Positions 1-13,449 of a stretch of 64,000 bases of DNA are shown in pieces. The translations under genes and the position numbers were made by a program. The notes under the pieces are model-generated. The model searched no databases and had not been told where the DNA came from. It saw nothing but the letters and a program-made list of their open reading frames with translations. This DNA comes from Octopus vulgaris (taxonomy: Eukaryota): positions 77,252,001 to 77,316,000 of the forward strand of contig OX597819.1 of the NCBI GenBank assembly GCA_951406725.2, read 5' to 3'. Every line of letters begins with the position of its first letter. The stretch's first letter is position 1.

Positions 1-3000
1 GTGAAATATAAGTCTTGAATTTTAACTGTGAAATAATTTGTGATTTGATGACAACTGTATTATTACTGTTGTTGTTGTGATTGTTCCTAAGTAGCCCTAG
101 TCAAATGTGATTGAAGAATGCTATTATTGTTCTTTCGTGTTTAAACATTTAGAACTAACTCTGAGGTTCTGCATCTCAAATTTGCATATATTGGTTGGTT
201 ATGATAATCTTTTTTCCATATTTGTTGTATGGATATGGTAGTGTTTGAAGATTTCAATTTTAATCATTTTAAAGGTTTGGCTGCATTCTAGAGGAGGTTC
301 TGCTGCCTTTTGCATATTGTTAAAAAAATCTGTTGCTGTTAGATAAATGGTCACAAATGTTGGTGAGTAAAAGTGTTATATATATATATACACATCCTCG
401 TTATTGTGCAAAGTTAATGTCTTTGCTTTTGAGAATCTTCATAAAGATAAAAAGGATCTTTTCATTCAGATTTCCCTGGGACATATTTTGTTTTGATTTT
501 TATTGCTGTCAGCATTTGGTATTGTTACAATTGGAGGTGAACTCTCTGTGAAACAGGTCTGTGATGTCTTATGATTTCTAGCTGAAGCCATTTCCATTGG
601 TTTATGTTGCTATTACCTTTGAGGAAATTATGAATGTTAACAGTATCCAATTTCCTGTCCTTTTTTAAAGCTGAGATTTTGTTGGTGTCTAGTCAAGAGT
701 AGTTAATATTAAATATCTGAAATTATGCTTTATGAGTTTCATAGGTTTAATAATAAGATATATAACAAATCTGGTTTTGACTAGATTCTGTTGAATTAAC
801 CCAAATTGAAACTGTCATGTCAGCATAGTCATCCTGGTAATGCTAGGGTTTAATTTTCTATCTCTGTGGTGTCTAGGTGAAACTATTGAGTACTTATATC
901 ACGATTGGATGGGTGGAGAAAATATTGGTAAAATGTATTGCAGTAAGTAATAGAATTAATTTAGTCAAACGCAAATTTTAGAAGTCATAAAACAATTAGT
1001 CTTTAAATTGGTAAAAATTTAAATTTCTCTCTTTCTTTCTCTCCTATTCTAAATTTAGTGAACTGTTATGCTGGGTTTATATTTATGCAGTGAAGGTAGC
1101 TGAGGTGGTAGAGTGCCTGATTTAAAAGAAAATTCATTACAATATTTAGTTTCATATCTTTATGCTCTGAGTTCACATCCTGCTTGTGCCAATTTTTATT
1201 TATCATCTCCACGGGGCATGTGTATGTTTAGGCAGGCTGTTTATATGAATCCCAGTTATATATTGGGAATTGATTCAGTTTGTTTAATTTTAAACCTTCT
1301 TTTACAAAGAGAAATAAAGAAATGGCTATGAGCCTTAAAATAGAAATCAATATTTGACATCATGTTCAAAAACTTTTCCTTTCTATAATTTTAATATCTA
1401 TATCTTTTTCCACAATTGAGCTAGGACATATATATATATATCTTGTATTTCAGCTAATTATTATTATTTAGTCTTACATAATTACATCCTCATATTGTTT
1501 TTTCAACTTCTTTTATTTTTTTCAAAAAGATCCTTAATACATTTTTTAAAATGAAAACATAATTAACTACAGAGGATTCTATTTACAAAAGACTTTCATC
1601 AATCTATATATGTATATCTGTATTTAAAAAAAAAAATAATAATAATAATAATATCATTAATAAATGTGAAGAAACAAAGAAAGAAAACAACACAAAGAAA
1701 AAAAATGATAAATAAAACCAAGCCAAAAGTAAAGAACTGTAAAAAAAAAAAAAAAAATAATAATTCAAAGAGAGTGTTATCATCAGCGCAGATGTGTGTG
1801 TGTGTAAGAGAGAATGTATATGCGTATGTGTTTGTGTGTCTATGGGAATCTGATGGTCTGTCAGTACTGCCTGAAACAGCTATGAACGCACACAGGAAAC
1901 GAAAACCCAGAAGCAGATGATGTCTTTTCATCCATCACTGTATGATGTTATAAGTGCATGCATGTGTTTGTCTAAAATGCATGGTTTCAACTATGATATT
2001 ACTACTACAACTAACTACTACTACTACCACTACTACTACAACTACTACTATTATTATTACTCGAGTGATATTTCTGTTTTTTTTTTTGTTTTTGTTTTTG
2101 TGATATTGTATTGAATAATTGTAACAATAATAATAATAATAATAATAATACCTGTACTACTCATTCCTCTCTGCTTCCATTTGACCCCCAAATTTATATA
2201 ATCTTTGTGTTAAAATATTAAAAATGGAAAAAGTAAAAAAACAAACAAAACATTGCTTTGTTCTTTATTGGATTAAGTTTTTGTCTTCATGGTTATTAAC
2301 TTCGTTAGCATATGTATGACTATATATATATATATATATACATACACACATACACTCACTTATATGTGTGTGCGTCGATGTATGGGTAGATAGTTCTTCA
2401 TTTTTGACCAGTGATATATACAGTACGTGAGTGTGAGGGACTCTTGTTGAAATTTGAAGACGAACAACTACATTTAATCAAATAGCAAATAAAAATCAGT
2501 GGCTATTGTTTTATAATCGCATTGTATCGGATAATCCTTTGTTTTTATGTGCTTTTAAATTCAGTTTTGAACATTTGTCCTTCTTACTGTACTGCAGTAG
2601 TTTATAAGCAATACAAAAACAGCGGGCAAAGACGTGAATGCTTAGTAGCATGCCATTAAACTCGGAATGACGAAATCCAAGCATGGGAGGCAACTCTCAT
2701 TTGGTTAAAGGAAAAGTTGTGTAAGGGAGGTAATAAATACAATTATTTTCTAGAAGTAACGTTCTCTATTTTTTTGCACATGGGAAGAAAAATGTTGACA
2801 TAAACAAAAACTTAAATAAACGGGAAACATATGGACCTGGGAAGGAATTATATTATTTCAGGTAAATATATAACCGCATATGATATTTTATACAAACACA
2901 GTTCGCTTTGTTTTGGCGTATATGAGTGCAGTTTTAAAAATTCCTTATGTAATCTGTAATCTTTTACAATGTCAGAAACAGAGTAGTGAACAGAACAGCT

Positions 3001-3093
3001 TTGGTTGAGGCGCCTGTGGCCTGTGCCTTGCTCACTGTGCATACCGCCAAATCCTGACCATGTAACAGCTCTACTTTTGAGTAGTGAGTAACA

Positions 3094-3127
<34 letters not shown>

Positions 3128-3885
3128 TATGTTTTAGCTGTATCTACAACTTCAGCAAAATATATTCAATCTTGGCCTCATGGTTTTTTGGGGTTTTTTT
3201 TTAGTTCAACATTCTAAGTAGCTTGACTATGTTTTTGTGACATGGCTTCCCCCATGAATAATACATGCACACATATATATATATAAATCTTATTGATCCC
3301 ACACACAAAGTGTATACCCTGGAATTTTCCAGTAGGCTGTGATTTGGCATGGTGGAGATTACTCTGTCAAAACGCCAGCTGTTAAAGTACACACAGTTTT
3401 CTATAGCCGTCTTCTATCCTACTATTGACAACCAATTGTGGTTTCTCAACATTTGCTGCTGATGAAAAAGCTGAACGCTCTACTCCAGGTTAATCCAGAA
3501 GGAACAAAGATATAATTAATGCCCTCCCAAAAACTTTGTTCACTCACACTTCCATTCCTTAAATCCCATACCAAAATATTAGTTGGATGAAATTGAGAAA
3601 TTTCTTAACTTAGTGTAAAGAACAAAGGAAAAATTAAATGACATAGAATATGATCAAAAGTTTAGTTTATATCAGTCTTGAATTTTCTATTTCAGTGTTT
3701 CTTAAAGAAATTTATACCTTATTTATCTACTCTGTTGTATAATTAAAAAACCTCAAATGATCTCAAATTAATTTTCCTTTTGGTATTCAAATTTTATTGA
3801 ATTTATTCAGTTATTGTTTTTATTTTATTGCATTCTTTGTTAATATCTTTTTTGATTATTTACATTATTATTTTTATTACTATTA

Positions 3886-4770
3886 AGGCAGTAAACTGGC
3901 AGAATTGTTAATGCATCGGACAAAATATTCAGAAGTATTTCTTCTAGCTTTACGTTCTGAGTTCAAATTCCACCGAGGTCAACTTTGCCTTTCAACCTTT
4001 CAGGGTCTCTTCAAGGTTGATAAAGTAAGTACCAGTTGATTACTGGGGTAGATGTAATCAACTAGCCCCCTCCACAAAATTTCAGGCCTTGTGCCTATAT
4101 TAGAAAAGATTTTTATTATTAAGGCAGTGAGCTGGCAGAATTATTATTGTGGCAGACAAATTGCTTAGTGGTGTTTTCACTGGCTCTTTATGTTCCAAGT
4201 TCAAATGCTGCTGAAGTCATCTCTGCCTTTCATCCCTTCGAGGTTGATAAATTAAATACCAGTTGAGCACTAAGGTTGATGTAATCAATTTGCCCCATTC
4301 CCTAAAATTACTAACCTTGTGCCAAAATATTAAAGAATTATTGTTATTACTTCTGTTCTTCTTATTACTATTAAGGCAGCAAGTGGGCAGAATTGTTAGA
4401 GCATTAAACAGAATGCTTCACAGCATTATTTCAAGCTCTTTACAGTCTGAGCTCAAATACTGCCAAAGTCAACTTTGACTTTGAACCTTCTGGGGTAATA
4501 AATTAAAGCACCGGTCCAACACTAGAGTTTTGGTGTAATTGGCTAAACCCCAGCTCCAGGGTCGTCTTAGCAGTATTATTGGCCCCTGGGAAAAATCAAT
4601 GCAATGGACCCTATAGTAATTTATTGACAACAACCCACAACACACATTGATCAGAATTAAAGCCCCTAAACCTGCAAGACACCTGGGCAACTTTTTAGTG
4701 AGCTCATGCCTGAAGATGGCACTGCCCACATCCCCTAAAATTGCTAGCCATGTACCAAAATTTAAAACAA
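3886..4770 (+). mobile_element. Three tandem copies of SINE family A
   Basis: Head GGC.G..AGCTGGCAGAA, B-box GAGTTCAAAT, body GCCTTTCATCC...GATAAA...AGTACC; copies separated by TTA-rich spacers. Confidence 0.85.
4557..4724. mobile_element. hAT-like MITE nested in a SINE tail
   Basis: TIRs CAGGGTCGTCTT / AAGATGGCACTG; flanks CCCAGCTC / CCCACATC (6 of 8 match). Confidence 0.6.
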
Positions 4771-6244
4771 TTTTTTTTTTTTTTTTTCTAATTCTCTAGA
4801 TTTTCTTTGAAATTTCATTGTTGCTTTCATTCACCTTTCATTTTTCACACTTCCATAATTCTGTTTTCTGTGTGCGTGTGCGTGTGTGTGTGTATTCTTT
4901 TGTAAGCTTTATATTTCTCACGGGTTTTTACTTTAAAAAAATTTTTTTTTTGTAACTTACTAATCTATTAATTAATCCCTTTTATGTTTTATTTATTAAC
5001 AAATATCTTTCATTCGTTTATCCTTTTTTTTTTTAAAAAAGGATTTTATTCAAGAATATAGAAACACATGTAAAAGGAAAAAAAAATTATTTAAAAACTA
5101 ACTTTCATATAAATGACAAAGATATGTGAAGAAAAGAAATGGGGAAACTTGGAGTAGCAGCAGTGAAGTCTCAACTTCGTATATATATATTTATATATGT
5201 ATATGTATGTATATGTGTATATATATATATATGTATTTATATATGTATATGTGTGTGTACATATATATATATATATATACATATATATGTTTATATGTAT
5301 ACATATATACACATATGTATATATATAAGTATATATGTATATATGCCTATATATATATGTGTGTGTGTACATATATTATGTGTAAATATATGTGCATATA
5401 TATATGTTATAAATATATATGTATATATATATATATATATCTTCACCTGGATATTTTTGTCCGGAATATATATATATTAGAAATCTGTAGTGAGTGGTCT
5501 ACAAAGAACTTAATTTAATCTTTGGAAATATGGGGAAAAAAACAAAAAGAAAAAAGAAATCAAAACAAAAACAAAAAATGTACCTCAATGTCATATCCAT
5601 CAAACAACCCATCTCTTGTCAAACGATTTTTATATTGTTTGCTTCTTATGTATTTACTCCAGTGTTAAACAAACAAAAAATATATTAATAATATGAGGGT
5701 TTCCCTCTCCTTACCCTGGATCTTTTTATCCTTCTATTCTCACGTTTTATTTATTTATTTATTTATTTATTTATTATTTATTTGGAAATATGTTTTCACA
5801 ATGGTTTATTTTTTCCCCCCCATCCTCTTCTTTAAATTATCAAGGTGTGTCAGTTTGAGAATTGGTATAAAAAAAAAACATACTAACTTTTCTATATTTA
5901 TCATTATTATTTATTGTTATTTTAATTTTTTTTTTTTGTTTCCAATGCGAAACACTTATATTTATTTATATATTTGTTTTAGTTATGTTTGAACAAAAAT
6001 TGTCTTCTACGGTTTAGTTTAAATTTCATTTTAATTTTTTTTAGGAAGAATTTCTAACTCATATGCATATATATATATATTTACATATATACTTATATAT
6101 ATATATATATACATATATACATATATACATACATATATATATATATATACATACATACATAAATATTCATATATATACATAAATATACATATATATGTGT
6201 GTATTATATTTACGTACTGTATGATATAATATGTAGATATATTT

Positions 6245-6330
<86 letters not shown>

Positions 6331-7166
6331 AATAAAATAAATTATGTTATATGACTTATTTTAATAGACTATATATATATATATATTGATTTTTTTTTTT
6401 AATTTAGGATTTTCTCTTACATATTTCTGCAAACAAATTTGATATTAAACTTATTGATATTTAATTGAAAAGATCTTTTGTTGTTTTTTTTTTCTCCTCT
6501 CTTTTTCTGTCCCTCTCCCTCTCTCCATTCTTTTTTTCATTTAATTTCCACATTTCTTTTCTGTATTTCTTAACTACTTTGGATCAACAATTGTTTTCAC
6601 TGCTGTCAAAAAATTATAAATAGCCAATAACTCAACTTCTATTATTGGGATTTTGGCTTGATGCATTCTCATTTTTTTTTTTTTATTTATTTTAATTTGT
6701 TTTTAAACATTAATTGGGATTGTTATTAATTAAATATCTAACAGGAAAATATGTTTATTTATTTATTTTTATTTTCATTTTACTTTTTGCCATTGTTTGT
6801 AGTTGTACAAATGAGAGAAGAAAAAGCATTCTATATACATAAAAAAGTTTATAGATTTATTTGACACTTTGAAGCTGAGGTAGTTTTCTCTAAGCTAGCA
6901 TTGATTGAACAATTATATTGTTGAAGCATTCATTGGGTTACTGCTGGATACCTCTTTTGTTGCTAATCCTTGCCTGTTTTTCAAGATCTGTCTTATTCCA
7001 CACCTTTTTGAATGTTGATGATTTCTTAACAAGGAAAAAATCACATCAATATCACTACTACCCATAGCTGAGTGATTTGGTGATGGGGAGCAGATATGTA
7101 AATAAACACACACATGCGTGCACACACATACATATGCATGCATGCTTACACACATACATACATGTT

Positions 7167-7495
7167 TATGGACAACTGCTTGGAAACGTCCAGCTTCTAT
7201 ATCCAAACTATGCATTCATATCCATACCAATAATAATTGGAGTACTAGGTTTTGTTAGTAAATGCTTAACGGAGAATCTGGATTAACTGGGAATTTCAGG
7301 AAGAGAAATTGACCGGCTAATTTGTACATTATGAGTGCAATTTGTGAGTGGAACAGTAAAAATATTCAAGACTTTTCTCAAGTACCAAATGTGAATTTGT
7401 CTGTGTTAACGACATCCCAAAGATGGAGCTTTGTATCTTTGTTGAAAACCAGTTCCCTCCTCAGTGAAAGATTTATAATTAAAAAATAGAGACAT
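7167..7495 (+). mobile_element. 3' end of an RLE-type non-LTR element lying in (CATA)n
   Basis: YGQLLGNVQLLYPNYAFISIPIIIGVLGFVSKCL...SGTVKIFKTFLK with in-frame stops; the PIIIG.LG.V motif is shared with the other RLE fragments; CATA repeats on both sides. Confidence 0.7.
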
Positions 7496-7676
7496 ACATA
7501 CATGTACACACATACTTACACTCGCACATACATACAATTTTTTATTCCCTTGTTATTTATTTAATCATTTATTATGCTCTGTATTCTACTAATGCTTTTT
7601 CTTGAAGCATCTGTATATTGAGTTCTAATGACAGATTATTAGTACTCTATGCCTAAGTGAAATATGTTAAATACAT

Positions 7677-7743
7677 ATAGCTCAGCTGAAAGAGTGTTAG
7701 ATTGAAAATCTAAAGGTCCCTGGTTCAATCTCGAGTTTCAGCA
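7677..7743 (+). pseudogene. tRNA-Phe(GAA) pseudogene
   Basis: ATAGCTCAGCTGAAAGAGTGTTAGATTGAAAATCTAAAGGTCCCTGGTTCAATCTCGAGTTTCAGCA aligns to the metazoan tRNA-Phe; the 5' acceptor strand is lost and CpG positions are mutated. Confidence 0.8.
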
Positions 7744-7939
7744 TCCAAATGGTCTGCTATTTTTGTTTAGGTATAGGCATGGATGTGTCGTAAGAAGCTT
7801 GCTTCCCAACCACATGGTTTCAGGTTCAGTCCCACTACATGACACTAGGGCAAGTGTCTTCTACTATAGCACCAGGCTGATCAAAGCCTTGTGAGTGGAT
7901 TTAGTAGACAGAAACTGAAAGAAGCCCATCATATATATA

Positions 7940-8149
7940 CAGGGTGTCCCAGAAGTCGCGCACCATTCTGGTTTTCATTTAAAATAATTAAAGCATTTTA
8001 TTTTATTACATTTTTTTCAGCATGTTTTATTGTAGTGGGTGCTCAATTTGAGCATTTGTTACAATTAATTTCAATAAAGTGTTTTTGAAATGAATAAGGG
8101 TTTATTCTTTTAAAAAACTAGGGTAGTGCACAACTTCTGGGACACCCTG
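7940..8149. mobile_element. Tc1/mariner-type MITE nested in a SINE
   Basis: TIRs CAGGGTGTCCCAGAAGT / ACTTCTGGGACACCCTG with TA on each side. Confidence 0.85.
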
Positions 8150-8479
8150 TATGTGTGTGGTTTTTGTGTCCGGGTTTGTCCCCAATCACCACTTGACATC
8201 ATCGTTTAACGTCCGTTTTCCATGCTGGCATTGGTTGGACGATATATGTGTATATGTATATATATATATATGTGTGTAGGGGCATTGCTGTGGACTTTGT
8301 GTTACAGAATGGTTCACATTATTGAATAGCTCATTCTTAGGTCACTTGTTCAATTCAACTAGAAATTTCTTGCAGTGTTTCTGGGTAGAACAAATTTTTT
8401 CTTACCATTAACTGTGGAAAGCACTTTTACCATATAGCTTTGAAAAAAAAAAATTCTCCTTATACTACAAGAAGTGAAG

Positions 8480-8810
8480 ACAACCCACCCATCTAACACC
8501 CGTGGACATATTTACAAAGTCAGAAAACAGCACAGCTCCCATGACTTCAGGAAACATTTTTTCATGCTGAGAGTTGCTGAAGCATGGAACAAACTCCCGA
8601 CATCAGTTGTTAGTTTTTGGAGCACTGCATCCTTCAAAACTTCCATGCTTTCTGAGATTCGCCAACACTACACCTGATTTTCTCCCCTCCATACACACAG
8701 AAGCATGTATCTGACTCATACATTGTTCGCTTTCCAGACATTTGTACATTACTGCATATACTCTGACAAGTTGTGGTGCACCTGAGCACTGTATACAATA
8801 ATTTCATTAC
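8480..8810 (+). mobile_element. CR1/L2-group LINE 3' fragment
   Basis: TRGHIYKV...FRKHFFMLRVAEAWNKLPTSVV...SFK is the typical CR1-group ORF2 C-terminus, followed by a 3'UTR. Confidence 0.85.
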
Positions 8811-8957
8811 TATAACCCCAATGACACTTCAGACTTTCTTAATTTTTTTTTTACATATTTTGTTTGCTTTTTAGCATTCAGATTACTCTATCAACTGTAA
8901 TGCTCATTTATTCATATTGTTTTCAGTTAATCATGCATTATCTCTTAGCTTCATGAA

Positions 8958-9292
8958 GGTGCATGGCTCATTGGTTAGAGTGTTGGACTCACAATCATGA
9001 GGCAGTGAGTTCAATTCCCAGACAAGGCTGTGTGTTGTGCTCTTGAGCAAGGCACTTAATTTCATGTTGCTCCAGTTCCCTCAGCTGTAGAAATGAGTTG
9101 TGATGTCACTGGTACCAAACTGTATTGGTCTTTGCCTTTCCCTTGGGTAACATCAATGGTGTGGAGAGAGAAGGCTGGTATACATGGGCAACTGCTGGTC
9201 TTTCATACACAAACTTGCCTGGATTTTTGTCTCGGAGGGTGACTTTCTGAGTGCAATTCCATGGTCTTTCATAACCAAAAGGGGTCTTTACC
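8958..9292 (+). mobile_element. SINE family C; a relative lies at about 20690-20820 (-)
   Basis: A-box-like TGGCTCATTGGTTAGAG, B-box GAGTTCAATTCC, CORE-like CTTGAGCAAGGCACTT. Confidence 0.75.
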
Positions 9293-9878
9293 ATTACACT
9301 ATTTCTTTGTTTCAAGATTTCAATGATGTGATTGTCTATTTTAAGAGTGTGAGAGGCCAGATCTGGTCAGTTTGAACATAAAAAAGGAAGAATATTTCAG
9401 CCTCATATGGCTGCTTTGAATAATAAAAGACTAAATATCTTTTTATAGAGTGAGAATAAAATACTTTTAGTGAAGGATATGAAAACCATACCTACAAGAG
9501 ATACTGGAAAAGTAGTGCAGAAGCAGTCAAAGGGTTAAATCTTGGTACCTAGGTGGTACTGTCAGTAACAACTAGATTTTTGAGGAAATCATTAATATTT
9601 CAGTATCTATTTGTTGAAACTTCAGATGACAACACCTGAAGCAATTGACTAACAACATAACATTTCACAAGCAGGGCTTTGTGGAATGATGCTGTATTCC
9701 ATAATGTGATTAATGGGTAAATTACTCATTAATCATTCAATAGCATTTATTAGCTAATTGTTTAGTTGTTGATACTGCTTTCCTTTTAGAGTCATCATTT
9801 CTACCTAAATTTTATAATTACTGAGACACCATTCTCTTTTTATATTTATATACTTTCTCCTTTTGGCAAGACTTCAGC

Positions 9879-10430
9879 CTGCCCCTCCCCCCCAAAAAAA
9901 CCACCCTTTAAAAAAATTTTTTTTCTTTTTCGACACAAACCCCACCTTTTTGGCTACGGTGAATATGAATCTGCAAAAAAATTGACAAAAATCGGCATTT
10001 TTAAATTACCATCCCCACCCCAATTTCCTTCATTTTTTTACTTTTTTCAGAATTTTTTTTTTTAAAATATGCAGAAAAATACGGAGATTATGATTCTGAA
10101 AAAGATTTCCAAACATTTTTGTAAAATTCTTTTTAGAGAATTTTTTTTCTAAATATGCAGAAAAATACAGACATTATGATTCGGTCGAAAATTTCAAAAC
10201 ATTTCTGCAGTTACGGTTAGGGGTTTGGGATTTAGGGCTAGGGTTAGAGGTTTAGGATTAGGGTTAGTGTTGGGGAAAAAAGTCAAAATTGAAGAATTGG
10301 AGGGAAGGGCAGAAACTTAACAATGCCGATTTTTGGCAATTTTCCAGAACCTCCATATCCAAAAACGGGTTTTTGGCAAAAAACATTTTTTAGATAAACA
10401 AATTTGCGAGAAAAATGGGGGGACGGGCAG
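9879..10430. mobile_element. Non-autonomous TIR element with internal TTAGGG-like repeats
   Basis: TIR CTGCCCCTCCCCCC / GGGGGGACGGGCAG (13 of 14); subterminal inverted blocks (AAAAATCGGCATT / AATGCCGATTTTT); internal direct repeat; degenerate GGTTAG run 10210-10275. Confidence 0.7.
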
Positions 10431-11198
10431 CAGTCTTTCCCTCCTTTTTTTCAGCTTGGAAGTTAGGTAGTGACTGTGAACTTTTACAGGGGCTACAAAA
10501 CTGGTGGGAGACAATGAGATAGTAAGGAAGGTGTCATCAGACTGGTGACCAGGCCCAAATGTTTCCAACAGAGTTGGTTCTGTTAAAGGCATTGAAGATG
10601 CCAGGTGGTGGTGTTAAACTACATGATAAATTAAGTTTACCAACCAAGTAAGTCATGGCAGAATTTGAACTCAGAACACAAAGAATCATTGCTAATATCT
10701 CAAGACATCCAATCTGACATTCTTTCAGTCCTAATAATCCACCACCTTTTTATCCTCTCTGAAAAAGATGAACAACAAAATTGACCTTGGTTGGATAGAG
10801 TGCCAGCAGTGACCTGGCAAAAACATTAGCATGCCAGGCAAAATGCTTAGCGGTATTTCATCTGTTACGTTCTTAGTTCAAATTCTGCCGAGGTCGACTT
10901 TACTTTTCATCCTTTCGGTTGAATAAATTAAGTATTATTTACACACTGAAGTTGATGTAATCAACTTAATCCCTTTGTCCTTGTTTGTCCCCTCTGTGTT
11001 TAGCCCCTTGTGGGCAATAAAGAAATAAGAGTGCAGAGACAAATAGTTTGAAGCATTCTATCCATCACTCTGACAACTCTGCCAATTCACCAACGTCCAC
11101 CTTTTATATTATCTTTTTTGGTCATTTCCTATCACTACACAGGCAATAAATCTTTGAACTTCCTAATTGAATGTTGATCGAGAATCTTATAATTTATT

Positions 11199-11575
11199 AG
11201 GTGCAGGAGTGGCTGTGTGGTTAGTAGCTTGCTTACCAACCACATTGTTCTTGGTTCAGTCCCACTGCATGGCACCTTGGGCAAGTGTCTTCTTCTATAG
11301 CCTTGGGCCAACCAAAGCCTTGTGAGTGGATTTGGTAGACAGAAACTGAAAGAAGCCTGTTGTGTATTTGTGTTTGTGTGTCTGTGTTTGTCCCCCCACC
11401 ATCTCTTGATAACCGATGTTGGTGTGTTTACTTCCCCGTAGCTTAATGGTTAGGCAAAAGAGACCGATAGGATCAGCACTAGGCTTACAAGAATAAGTCC
11501 TGGAGTCGATTTGTTCGACTAAAGGCAGTGCTCCAGCATGACCGCAGTCAAATGACTGAAACAAATAAAAGAATT
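11199..11575 (+). mobile_element. Full-length SINE family B (CORE-like); other copies at about 7776-8200, 12265-12690, 27960-28180, 34715-35140 and 37980-38270(-)
   Basis: tRNA-like head GTGGCTGTGTGGT...GGTTCAGTCCC, CORE-like CCTTGGGCAAGTGTCTT, internal (TG)n, tail CCAGCATG.CCGCAGTC.AATGACTGAAAC.AATAAAAGA. Confidence 0.85.
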
Positions 11576-12311
11576 AAAGAAACACCACTGAACATGATAT
11601 TATTATGAAGTGTCTATAGAACATGTTGGCTTCATAGACACACGCTCTCATTCACACTTCCATGAGAAGAATTGAATCCTGAAGAACAAGACCAGAACCA
11701 GCTTCTCATGTAAGCTACTCTTAGAGGAAATATTGAATGCAGCTCTGCAAGTCAATGGAATAGTTGTCAATTTTATCATCATACTTTCACTTTTGTCAGG
11801 TGTAAAACTTTTCCAGCTTTTAGAATGATTGTAACTACAAAATACACTTGTTCTTTAAGAACTAACCATAATCACAACATAATAGTTTTGCTATTTTTTT
11901 TGTTTTAGAATGGATGTTTCCATTCCTCTAACTTTTATTTTTTTAATCATTCTTTAATTTCTGTTTTAAACAATGCAGATTCAGAAAATGCTAAGAAATA
12001 GTTTTTATTACATAATAATAATGATTTCAAATTTTGGCTCAAGGCCAGCAATTTCTGGGTGGAGATCAGTCAATTACATCAACCCCAGTGTTCAACTGGT
12101 ATTTATTTTATCGACCCTGAAAGGATGCAAGGCAAAAATCAACCTCAGCAAAATTCGAACTCAGAATGTCAAGATGAATGAAATGCCTCTAAGTATTTTG
12201 CCCTGCATGTTAACGATACTGCCAACTCGCTGCCTTACTAAGTTTATAAATATTAAAAGAACCTTGCTTTACAACCACATAGTTTCCTGTTCAGTTCCAC
12301 TGCATGACATC

Positions 12312-13449
12312 CTGAATGAATGCTAAAATAAATTTGCATTTCAGGGTGTATTTACATTAAGTATGAGTCATATATGACTCTTTTAATCTGATATTGCTTC
12401 TCTTGATTATAACAAATATTCTTTCAATTAGATAATAATTTGCAACACTTGTGATATCAGTGGAAGTAAATTTCATGTAAGCATGCTGTTGGTTGTGAGT
12501 ACATGCTTTTGACACCCTGAGCAAGTCTCTTCTACTACTTGGTTTGACAGAAACTGTGGATAAGTTTACAGTGTGTGTGTGTACCTTCACAACTAGACAA
12601 CTGGTGTTGGTTTGCTTATGTTTCTGTAACATTGCAATTCAGCCAAAAGAGACCCATAGAATAAGTCCTTCAAGGCAATGCTCCAGTCCATGTAAAAGGT
12701 CTCATATATTTTTTAACATAGTGAATGTACCTAAGACTATTTTTCAATATGTCTTTACTTTTTTTAAGAATGTAGGCTGCGATTTGAGATACAAAGCCAC
12801 CATTTCTAGCGACTGAGGAGACCATATCATGACTCATTTGCTAGATCAGTAATGCTGCATTGCTTATGAACATCAAATCAACCCAGATAGTGCAGACCTA
12901 TACTCAAAAGTACTATAGTCTTGACCATTTTCTCTTTATGTTTTACTAGGTGCTTGCATTTTGACCTCTTTTTAAAGAAAATACAGGGTATTTTAAGGAA
13001 AATTTTGTTGCTATGAGCAACCATGTAACATTTCTCTCAGTTGCTTGAACCATCTATATGTTTTTCATTTAAAAGCAGTATTTGATTAAAGTAGCTATCA
13101 GTGTGTTATACTTCATATACATGCATCATGAAAGGCGAATTTATTTCAGTTTTCATCCTGAGATGTGCTGTATTTAAAAAACAGTCAAAAATCTTTCAGC
13201 AGTGGCTGGTGAGAATGCCCAATGCATTTCTGCCTCATTATATGCTTGTCAAAAGCATGTACTCATAACCAACAGTGTACTTACATGAAATTTGCTGCTA
13301 TTGATATCACAAGTGTTGCAAATTGCTATCTAATTGAAAGAATATTTGTTATAATCAACAGAAGTAATCTCAGATTAAAAGAGACATATATGACTCATAC
13401 TTAATGTAAATACATCCTGAAGTGCAAATTTATTGTAGTATTCATTCAG
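12312..13449. repeat. Inverted duplication of ~200 bp (12312-12514 vs 13247-13449)
   Basis: Direct reverse-complement match; also visible as near-identical peptides in ORFs 12357..12632(-) and 13222..13404(+). Confidence 0.9.

Noticed and set aside
7671-7743. Functional tRNA-Phe gene
   Set aside because: The acceptor stem 5' strand is missing and the D-loop GG is mutated; kept only as a pseudogene.
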